From positions 66,093 through 130,092 of IMG/VR virus record IMGVR_UViG_3300030333_002570: a stretch of 64,000 nucleotides of DNA. One strand, 5' to 3'. Source of the DNA: a virus. Positions 28,201-37,700 of the stretch are shown one piece after another (position 1 is the stretch's first letter; each line of letters starts with the position of its first letter). The notes below the pieces were generated by a model. That model saw only the letters and a program-made list of their open reading frames with translations. It did not search any database and had not been told where the DNA came from. A program made the position numbers and the translations under genes.

Positions 28201-30192
28201 TATTATATGATTGAGGATAGTAGTGGTAATCCTGTTTATCCATATGCTATCGGTCCTAGATTTTACGGGACACCTTTATTTGAGAATGATGCTGTTCCTC
28301 CAGCACCTTCAATATTCCCAACTATTGCAGAGGGTGATGTTGTTTTAAGTACTGATAATCCTGGACAAGTATCTTATATTAAGATGACTAAGAAAGGTGA
28401 TAATTTCTTTGGTGCTGCTAATGCAAGAATACTTGGTGGAGAAGGAACGGGTGCTACAGGAACACCTACTGTTCAAACAGTTACTGGTCTTTCATTAATT
28501 AATCAAGGTAGAAACTATGCAACTCCTCCAACACTTATCTTTGAAGGTGGTGGTGGACAAGGTGCTCAAGGTGCTGCTGAAATTGATACATTAGGTAAAG
28601 TTACATCTATTAGTATCGTAAATCAAGGTGAATATTATGATGAACCTCCTTATATTTTAATCACTGGTGGTGGAGGTATAGGTGCTAAAGCGGAAGCAAC
28701 TGTATCTCAAGGTAAAATTATTGATATTACTGTTACTGAACCAGGTGAAAGTTATACTGGTTCTCCTAATGTTATCTTTACAAAACTTGTTAATCTTAAA
28801 CGTAAGACAAGAGCAAGACAGGCATTTAACTCATCTAATATATTCTTAACTGGTCTTACTAAAACAGTTTCACCATCAGATACAACGATATATGTTAATT
28901 CTACAGATGCTTATCCAGGATCTGGTACTATTATTATTAATAGAGAAACTATTACTTACACTTCTAAATCAAGAGAAAAATTTACTGGTGTAACTAGAGG
29001 TGTTAACTTTAATTATGATCAGAGAATTATACTTGATGCTGGTCAGAATAATAACGAAGGTATTTCAACATACCAATTCCAAGTTGGTGATAGAGTTATT
29101 AGAAAGGTTGAAAATGCTGCAAACAAGGTTGCTAAAGTATATGACTGGAACCCTTCAACTAGAGAACTATTAGTTGTATTTGAAATTGATGAATTAGCAT
29201 TTATTGATGGTGGATTACCTTCTACAGAAGATGCAATAGTTCAGTTTGATGCTGGTGTTGCTGCTTCTGCTCCAAGTGGATTCCAACCTCATGTTGTTTT
29301 ACAAACAGCAAATGAAGTAGGTCAAGTGATACCACTTTTAACTGCACCAACACTTACAACATTACAGGATGCAGCATTTGAAGATAATGATGAACAAGAT
29401 GGTGCAGGTGATGGTATCGCTGATTTGGTAAATACTGGAACAGACTTTGAGAACCAAATCAATCTTGATGGTGGTATATACAGTTCTCTATATGGTATTG
29501 AAGCAACTCAGGGTGGTCAAAACACTACTCTATTCCAAGTTGGTGATAATATTAAGGATGGTTCAATACCATTTAAATATGCTACTGTAGGGACTGCAGG
29601 TGCTCTTGCAGATGGTGTAGACCATACAGCACTAGTAAAACTATACTTAGATGCTAATAATGCAAATGGTCAAAGTTTCAGTGTTAATGAAGTTGTAACA
29701 GGTAATATTTCTGGAGTTATTGGAACTGTTGTTACTTGGGATCCTGTAGAGGTAAGTCTTACTGTTAAAGATATTGTTCCTTATAACACAGGTGATGTTA
29801 ATGTTGGTGTAAATGGTTATTTACATAAATTCTCTGAGAAGGGTACTATAGTTGATTTCTATGTTCAAACAGCAGGTACTAACTATACAGCAGTTCCAAC
29901 ATTAGCAGTTGAAAATATTGGTGATATACAGGCAACTGGAACCGTTAATATGACTACTGCAGGTGACCAAGTTGCAAGTATTACTATAACTAACGGTGGT
30001 TATGGTATTACACAATCTGTAGATGGATCATATAACCTTCATCCTACAGTAACATTTAATAATGCAGCAGGTGATACCACTGGTGCAGGTGCTAAAGCAT
30101 ATGCAATTATGGGTGGAGAAAACATCGTTGGTAATGGTGGTGCAACTTATCGCATCAAATCAATTGAATATACTACACAGGTTCGTTCGTAA
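25291..30192 (+). CDS. Large virion structural protein (1633 aa) with split YHYH-like domain, cupredoxin-like and CBM5/12-like inserts, GxGY repeats
   Basis: Motifs KILGMSYDGYPIYGPYGY, LDAYNGKFAVTPEYPNGTYAYY, GHPMRF...YYHCAYHRYM and WDSGTAYVIGETV...WKFLG. Lies directly upstream of gp8. Confidence 0.75.
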   Translation: MARTVPGSGAVINPIFDETFGVKAVEVLNGGSGYSVSDPPKLSVTGCGTPDTEALLYPIIDEDSGKIIHVRVLNRGSGYDPLRLQIIPQDETPNVVTSFDINRIWQSHPNSTTTGAFVNSTDRLAIASDNHPKPTWTQAEAAPGGGPLVDRSFSQTFVYRGGKDVPNPGTRENQPDKVLGILANGGLLHTPEWGPDGNAPPGHSIDAVKNNYVKSNDAYDVVTENNIKYYHSNKLINEFELDNGVFDWGLLRPFTWNIKVEYDNIMLTVTNVDETLGSIEVGRLVDEIAGNARGEISKVVRNNQGVVTRVYLRDLADSATFSQGDGCLGSNGFNFTISELPRTFTDGVFYIDFGTEASEFGAFTPGKYYMSPENIKVQRNYLIIWNQSDSSNSHGADGHPMRFSTTPDGPLNSSPGTLYYKSTGVTQAPAADYENIYQPLFIMNADESAKIYYHCAYHRYMSGYEGDEGYMIFDSTVDNTARPNTYYTDNFYQSDSNDPATIDRARHTDGHSKILGMSYDGYPIYGPYGYGSGTGVLTITGYGGNNGIGYGQNNSALSTVNISAGGSTLGTGSGLKVKCTSVGSNGTGLAFEVVELGSGYAVGDRFKIIHENPNGIFSYGYTSGQNDAARTPGTYNVDITTAMTSGNGNSARALVVVAVGGNTDVTFPKTTEDWTGRGRDFAENETITIPNSLIGGGADIVINVQDLIDDGWQAINEVTAVGQGASRETSGYRLKTSLELAGNRPVVTTASTVNYTVTSSNGKYLFNGSSPSFLGLERGKTYVFNLDSATNDSQQLLIGINEDGWHSQNPVVIGDTTQLFGGPGITYTIDGSTVSYTGYLTGFNGATTRSVTFQVPATAPAALYVFAYTTAGYGVRTVQDGYLLGDLIDDNIFDESVLWDSGTAYVIGETVKNSSNVIYEATAAISSGGSQPVHTTGTTSNWKFLGTKGTLDAYNGKFAVTPEYPNGTYAYYMIEDSSGNPVYPYAIGPRFYGTPLFENDAVPPAPSIFPTIAEGDVVLSTDNPGQVSYIKMTKKGDNFFGAANARILGGEGTGATGTPTVQTVTGLSLINQGRNYATPPTLIFEGGGGQGAQGAAEIDTLGKVTSISIVNQGEYYDEPPYILITGGGGIGAKAEATVSQGKIIDITVTEPGESYTGSPNVIFTKLVNLKRKTRARQAFNSSNIFLTGLTKTVSPSDTTIYVNSTDAYPGSGTIIINRETITYTSKSREKFTGVTRGVNFNYDQRIILDAGQNNNEGISTYQFQVGDRVIRKVENAANKVAKVYDWNPSTRELLVVFEIDELAFIDGGLPSTEDAIVQFDAGVAASAPSGFQPHVVLQTANEVGQVIPLLTAPTLTTLQDAAFEDNDEQDGAGDGIADLVNTGTDFENQINLDGGIYSSLYGIEATQGGQNTTLFQVGDNIKDGSIPFKYATVGTAGALADGVDHTALVKLYLDANNANGQSFSVNEVVTGNISGVIGTVVTWDPVEVSLTVKDIVPYNTGDVNVGVNGYLHKFSEKGTIVDFYVQTAGTNYTAVPTLAVENIGDIQATGTVNMTTAGDQVASITITNGGYGITQSVDGSYNLHPTVTFNNAAGDTTGAGAKAYAIMGGENIVGNGGATYRIKSIEYTTQVRS

Positions 30193-30197
30193 CCTTC

Positions 30198-30204
30198 ATA
30201 AATA
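30198..30204 (+). promoter_or_regulatory. Late promoter motif ATAAATA upstream of gp8
   Basis: Intergenic motif, followed by the SD-like GAGG before the ATG at 30231. Confidence 0.75.
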
Positions 30205-30230
30205 AACAAGAGGACAATAGTCACTAGGAA

Positions 30231-31763
30231 ATGGCAGCTCTATTAACTGATCAATTTAGAATTTTTTCAGCTCAAAAATTCATTAAAGCTCTTGAGGGTC
30301 CAGATGCAACCCAGAGCGACACGGCTGCGGGTGCAACGAGAGATCGTTTGTACTTGTTTATTGGTAGACCACAAAGTTGGGATAATGAAAACTCGCCTCC
30401 ACAGGCAGTTGACTCATTTGCCGAATTTTCTGGTGCTTATGATGATATGGTTTCTCTGAAGAGAGTCCTTGCTTCAGATACCGTTCAGGTGGTTCGTAGA
30501 ATTGACTGGGTTTCCCCAGAACAAACTACTGGTGGATTAGGTTTTACCTATGACATGTATCGCCAAGACTATTCTCCTAGTAAAACTGCTGCATCTGGTG
30601 CTACTAAACTATATGACTCTGACTTTTACGTTGTAAACTCTCAGTATCAAGTTTATAAGTGCATCTATAACGGAACTTCACCTTCCGATCCTAACGGAAA
30701 ACCTTCAACTGTTGAACCTACTGGAACATCTACTTCAATTATCACTACTGGTGATGGTTATCGCTGGAAGTATATGTATACTATTCCTGTTGCATCTGTT
30801 CTTAAGTTCTTCTCTACAGACTATATGCCTGTCTTTACTAATGATTCTGTAAAGACAAATGCTGTTTCTGGTGAGATTGACACCGTAGTTATTAATGCTG
30901 CTGGTTCTGGTTATAACAATGGAACATATGATAACGTTGCTATTAACGGCGACGGAACAGGTGGTCGAGTTTCCATCGTTGTTGACGGTGGTAAAGTTAT
31001 TTCAGCAACTGTTACATCTGGTGGTACTGGTTATACTTTTGGTAAAATCAGTGTTGACAATATTACTGGTATTGGCACAGGTCAAGGTGGACAAGTTGAT
31101 GTTATTATTCCTCCTCCTGGTGGTCACGGTGCTGACGCAGTTGTAGAAATTGGTGCTTTCCGAGTTATGATTAACGCCAAACTCTCCTATGATGAGGGTG
31201 CTGGTGACTTCCCGATTGATAACGACTATCGTCGTATCGGTCTTATTACTAATCCTTTGAAGTTTGGAACTGCAGAATTGATTGCAGATTTGACTGTTTC
31301 TGCTACTAAAGCAGCAATTTTCTCACCTACTTTCCAAGGTAATTACGTTCCTGATGAAATTATTACTCAAACACGTGTTGTTGGTGGAACCAACGTTACT
31401 GCTCGTGCAAGAGTTATTTCATGGAATGCAACAACAAAAGTTTTGAAATACTATCAAAACTCAGTAGATGGTATCTTCCCTGAAGTTACTGGTACACAAA
31501 ATGAGTTTGATGGATCTAATGTTATAAGTGGTGCAACATCTGGTGCTGCTGGTCAACCTGATGTTAATTTCCCTGCCGTCCCTAATTCCTCCTCTAGAAC
31601 TATTAACAACACTGAATATGACTTGGGTATGAAATTCAACAATGGTTATGCTAAACCTGAAGTTGCTTCAAGTAGTGGTTCAGTTGTTTACATAGATAAT
31701 AGGAGATCTATTAGTCGTGCTAACGACCAGGTAGAAGATATTAAAATCGTAATCGAGTTCTAA
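30231..31763 (+). CDS. gp8: Baseplate wedge subunit gp8
   Basis: Motifs LYLFIGRPQSW, VRRIDW, YDMYRQDY, FYVVNSQYQVYKCIYN, DGYRWKYMYTI and YIDNRRSISRANDQVEDIKIVIEF are typical of T4-like gp8. Confidence 0.9.
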   Translation: MAALLTDQFRIFSAQKFIKALEGPDATQSDTAAGATRDRLYLFIGRPQSWDNENSPPQAVDSFAEFSGAYDDMVSLKRVLASDTVQVVRRIDWVSPEQTTGGLGFTYDMYRQDYSPSKTAASGATKLYDSDFYVVNSQYQVYKCIYNGTSPSDPNGKPSTVEPTGTSTSIITTGDGYRWKYMYTIPVASVLKFFSTDYMPVFTNDSVKTNAVSGEIDTVVINAAGSGYNNGTYDNVAINGDGTGGRVSIVVDGGKVISATVTSGGTGYTFGKISVDNITGIGTGQGGQVDVIIPPPGGHGADAVVEIGAFRVMINAKLSYDEGAGDFPIDNDYRRIGLITNPLKFGTAELIADLTVSATKAAIFSPTFQGNYVPDEIITQTRVVGGTNVTARARVISWNATTKVLKYYQNSVDGIFPEVTGTQNEFDGSNVISGATSGAAGQPDVNFPAVPNSSSRTINNTEYDLGMKFNNGYAKPEVASSSGSVVYIDNRRSISRANDQVEDIKIVIEF

Positions 31764-31766
31764 CGA

Positions 31767-34700
31767 ATGGCACAGAATACTAATTTAAACGTAACACCGT
31801 ATTACGACGACTTTGATAAAGCGAAGAACTTTTATCGAGTGTTATTCCGTCCTGGATTCCCAATACAGGCAAGAGAACTTACGAGTATGCAATCCATCCT
31901 GCAAAATCAGGTGGAAAATATGGGAACGCACCTATTTAAAGATGGTGCAATGGTCATTCCTGGACAAATTGGATATGACTTAGAAGTTGATGCGATTCAG
32001 GTTCAAGAAAGTTTCTTGGGTGCTGATGTAGAGAATTACCGTACTCAACTTACTGGAAAAATTATTACAGGTCTAACCTCTGGTGTTAAGGCCAAAGTTC
32101 TTTATAGTATTTCTGCTACAGAATCTGAGAAAGGTTATATCACTTTATATCTAAAGTATATTGAATCTGGAACAGAAACAGGTGGTACAGATAATACACA
32201 ACAAACATTTATTGATAATGAACAGTTAGTTACTGATACTGAAATTACCTTTGGAACCACTTTGATTGAAGTTGGATCACCATTTGCTCAGTTACTTCCA
32301 ACTGCTGCAGTCCAAACTGGATCTGCTGCATATGTCCAAAATGGTGTTTACTTTATTCGTGGATTCTTTGTAGACGTTCCTTATCAGTATATACTCCTTG
32401 ATCAATATGGAAGCACACCAAAATATAGAATCGGACTCGAAATTCTTGAGTCAATCATCACCCCAGAAGATGACTTATCACTCAATGATAACGCTGCAGG
32501 CACATCTAATTATGCTGCTCCTGGTTCTCATAGATTCAGAATAACTACTAATCTAGTTAAGAAATTACTTACAGATGAAGCAGATAAAGACTTCATAGAA
32601 TTACTGCGTATTAACGGAGATAAAGTTGAAAAACTTGTTGACCGTAGTGCATATGATGAATTAGAAAGATCCCTTGCTACCAGAACTTATGAAGAGTCTG
32701 GAGACTATGTTGTAGATGATTTCCAGATCACTATGAGAGAAGGTCTTAGTGATGGATTTAATAATGGTGTTTATGACGCAGGTGATACTACTGCTGATGG
32801 TAATTCAGCTGCAGAAAATCTTTTTGCTGTTGAGTTTGGACCAGGTACTGCATACGTTAGAGGATATAGAATTAAAACTCTTGCTCCAACTTATGTTGAC
32901 TTAGCAAAACCAAGAGATACAAACTCTGCACAAAATACAATTATTCCTTTTGAATTAGGTAACTATTCTAAAGTAAATAATACTTATGGATTCCTAAACA
33001 CATCTGGATCTACTATTACTAATGCATATCAAACTTTAGAATTGCGTGATAACTTTACAGTAACTCCTGGTGATGCACAAGGTAATATTATTGGTTATGC
33101 ACGTTCTGCATCGATAGAATTTTTAACTAATCCAGATGGAACATTTGGTAATGCTGATGATCAGTACAAACTACACATTTTTGATGTGCAAATGTTTACT
33201 GTCATTCAGATGGCAAGTGCTCAAACTATAACAACTACTGCTTCTGATAATAGAGGATCTCTTGTTGTTGGTAAAACATCTGGTGCTAGAGGTTTCTTAG
33301 TTAATCCTATAACCAGTGCTACACATATGCAACTGTATCAGGTTGAAGGGATTTTCCAGAAAGGAGAAATGATTACTGTTGATGGATTAGATAAGGATGT
33401 TATTTCTAATCTTCATACTTATCAATATTCAGATACTCGTCAAGTATGTGCTAGAGATGAAAGTAACAGTGCTGTAGAATTTACTGCTGATATAATTTTA
33501 GATGATATAAGACCTTTACAAGGTATTACATTCACCTATGATGCTACGGGTGGTTCAGAGAAAATTACGGGAACAAATTCTAATTTTGCATCTGACCTAC
33601 GTCCTGGTGATAGAATTTATTTTAATGAAACTAAGTATGTTGATGTTGACTTTGTAACTCCAACTAACTTAGCAACTGCTAATAATGCTACTATCTTTAA
33701 CTATTCATCTCAAGTAGTACTTGTTACCCCTGCTGGCGGTGGTGCTGCTCCTAGTGCAGGAACATATACTAATTTACTTCGGTATAGAGGTAAATTAACT
33801 GACATTGATAAAGCAACATTAATTAAAGAAATGCCTAAACCTTATGTTAAGAGCATTTCTGATGAATCTATGATTGTTAGAAGAACATTTGATAATCAAA
33901 CTGTCTCTACTAATTCACTTTCTATTACTCTTCCTGAGAACGAACAGTTCCAAGCTATTACTGATGCAAATTATACTTTCACAGTAATGGGTGGAAGTAA
34001 TCTTACATATCCTATTGGTGATCAATTACCTGTTGATACTGTAAACAGTGGTGGTGTAGGATATACAACTTTTGCTGATCCTTCTACTAAGACTACTCTT
34101 AATATTGCTAACTTAACAAATATTACTTCTGTTAAGGTTACAGCAACAATATCTAAGAACGTTACTACTAAGAAGTCTAAATCACCGACAAATATGTTTG
34201 TCTTGAAGGTTAATCAAAGTGTTCAAGACCTTGATAAGATGCCGTACGGACTGACTTATTCTGGTGTATATGGAACTAGAATTGAGGATAAAGATATATC
34301 TTTAGGATTAACAGACGTATTCAATGTTCATGCTGTATATGAGTCTTTAGATGATAATGATCCTATAATTCCATCAGTTACTTTAGTTGAACCTGCTTTC
34401 TTTGCAAATAAGAGTATTGTAGTTGGTAGAACTTCAAAGGCAAGAGCAAGTGTTGTTGATTTCAACTCAAGCACATTAAAATTAACTGTTGTTTATCTTG
34501 AGGGTAAATTTGTTTCTGGTGAAACATTAGATGGATTTAATAGTAGTAATGTTGCTATTCAAGGTATTATTAATGATTCTGTAGGTTCTGTTATTGAAGG
34601 ATCTAAAGTAATTACAGATCGTTATGTTTTACAAAATGGTCAAACTGATTTCATTTATGGAACATCTAAACTTGTAAGAGAAAAAGGTGTTGCATTACCT

Positions 34701-37700
34701 ATTAGAAAATTAAAGATTGTATTAGATTATTACGCACATGCTGCAACTGGTGATTACTTTGCTGGTCAATCTTATCTTGATACTAACTATGCAGATATAC
34801 CTTTCTACGATAATCTATTCTTACCTGATTTCCTAGACTTCCGTCCAGGTGTTAAGAATCTTTTCCAAGGAACAGGATCTGTTGCTTCTCCAGCATATGT
34901 TCAATTACCAACTTTAGATTTTAAAGCAAGAATATTCCCAACTTCTGGTACACCTTCTGCAACTCTATTTGACGTTCCTCAAATTAATAGTGACTTTAGG
35001 TGTGATTTTGATTGGTATTTGTCAAGGGTTGATAAAGTATTTGTTCTTCCTACTGGTGAATTCCAAATCATTAAGGGTAAGTCTGCAGAGAATCCTACAG
35101 AACCAGATGATTTACAAGATGGTATGCTTCTAGCAATTCTAAAGCATGATCCATATACATTCGATACTTCTGAAGATACTGTTATAGTAAAATCAGATAA
35201 TAAGCGATATACCATGAGAGACATTGGTAATATCGAAGATCGTCTTAATAATGTTGAGTACTATACATCACTCAATATGCTTGAATCAGATACATTTAAT
35301 TCTGAAATTTTAGATGCATCTGGTAAGAGTCGTTTGAAGAATGGATTTATTGTAGATGACTTTACAGATCATTCTAAGTCTGATATGGATGAAGAAGATT
35401 ATAGTGCTTCATTAGATTATGAATCAGGCACATGTCACGCTTCTCATTATACTACTAATGTTTCTTTATTAGTTGATGATTCATTATCACAAAATATTCA
35501 GCAAACTGGTCCTCTAATTACTCTTCCATATGTTGAGGAAGCATTAATTATACAACCATATGCTTCTAGAGTTGAGAATGTAAACCCATTCAACGTCTTT
35601 GCTTATATTGGACGTATTGATTTAACTCCAGCATCTGATGACTGGGTAGATACTAATCGTCTTCCAAGAAGAGTTACAAGTATTGAAGGTAATTTCAGAG
35701 CAACGAGAAGAAGACTTAATGTAGACCAGAATGGATTTGCTCCAACTCAATGGAGAGCATGGAGAACCACATGGACAGGAACATCTCGTGGTAGATGGAG
35801 AAGATGGAGAGAGCATACATTTGCTAACTTTGTTCCAGGTAGAGGTCGTCGTGTTATGGGATCTAGAACAACTACCACAACTCGTCGTCAAACAAGATCT
35901 GGTATTAGAACTAGAGTTGTACCAAGAATTGATAGAAGGTCATTAGGAGATAGGATAGTATCTGAAACTTCAATACCGTGGATTAGGTCTAGGAACGTTG
36001 AGGTTGTTGTTGCTCGTATGAAGCCAAGAACTTCATTCTTCTCATTCTTCGATGGTCAGAAGATTGATGATTATATGATTCCTAAAGTTATTGAACTTAT
36101 TAAGAACTCTTCTACTGATAGTAGAACTAACTCAACACCATTTGTGGTTGGAGAATTAGTTAGAGGTTTGACTAGTGGATGTAGATTTAGAGTTGCTGCA
36201 CCAAATGACTTCTTTAAGTACAATCAGTATGATGATACTGAGATGCCATCCTCTTATGCATCTACAACACCATTCTTGAATATTGATACTGAATCACTTG
36301 CTAGAAGAGCAGTAGGACGTTATTATGGTAACTTCCAAGTTGGTGAAGTTTTAATTGGTCAATCAGGTGCAAGAGCAGTTGTTAAAGATCGTAGACAAAT
36401 TACAGATAGATTAGGACAATGGAAAGGAGCATTCTTCATTCCAAATCCTAGAAATAGAAATAATCCACGTTGGTCAACTGGTGATAGAACTCTAAGACTT
36501 ACAACAAGTAAGACTGATTCTAGACTTCCAGGAAGTGTTGCTTCTTCTGCAGAGACTGAGTACTCAGCAAAAGGAACACTTAGAAGGGTTCAAGAAAACG
36601 TATTAGCAGTTAGAAATGCTAGACTTGTAAGAGATACAACAACTCAAAGAAGAACTAGGAGATCAACTAGAACTGAGACTCGTCAGGTTGGTTGGTGGGA
36701 TCCACTAGCACAATCATTCTTAATAACAGAAGATGGTGGTACATTTATTACTTCAGTTGATATTTACTTCAACACGAAGGATACAAATATTCCTATCTCT
36801 ATGCAGATAAGAACAATGGAAAATGGTTATCCTACAACTACTATTCTTCCATTCTCTGATACCACATTAACTCCTGATCAGGTTCAGATCTCTGAAACTG
36901 GTGCTATTGCAACTAAGTTTACATTTAGAGCACCTGTTTATATCCCACAATCAATAGAACATTGTTTTGTTCTATTCTCTGATTCCAATACATATCAAGT
37001 TTGGATTTCAAGGATGGGTGAATTAGATATTTCTGGAGACAGAACTATATCCGAACAGCCTTATGCAGGTGTCTTATTCAAGTCACAGAACGCAACTACT
37101 TGGACTGCAGACCAGTATGAGGATATGAAGTTTATTGTTAATAGAGCGAAGTTTACTACTAATCTAAACTCTAGACTTACACTTACCAATGCTCCTTTAG
37201 ATGTAGGTAACAATGGTAAGATTACTTTAGCACCTGATCCAATTCAAACTTATCAACCAGAGTTGCAACTTAATACTGCAGCATCTAATTTAACTGATAC
37301 ACCATTTACTATAGGTGCTCGTGTTTATCAGAAACAGTCTCTTGCTCAAGGAACTATTACTGCAAAAGCAAATAAAGCTGGTAGTGGATTTACTCTAACC
37401 ATTAATGATATTAGTGGTACTTGGGTTGATGCACAAGCAATTGTGTCATCTAAGACTACTGGAACTATAACTCTAACAAGCACATCTGGATATGCAATTG
37501 GTGACCAAATTACTGGTGGAACTAGTAGCACCACTGCTACAATTACTGAAGTAACTAATGCTACTACTTTAGCAGTTAATTATCTTTCTGGAATGTTTAC
37601 AAACGGTGAGACAGTAACTGGTGATGGTGCAGGCGGTGGTACTGCAAGTCAACAGACAACAGTTCCTGGATCTGGAACAAATACGGTTCCTGCAGGAGAC

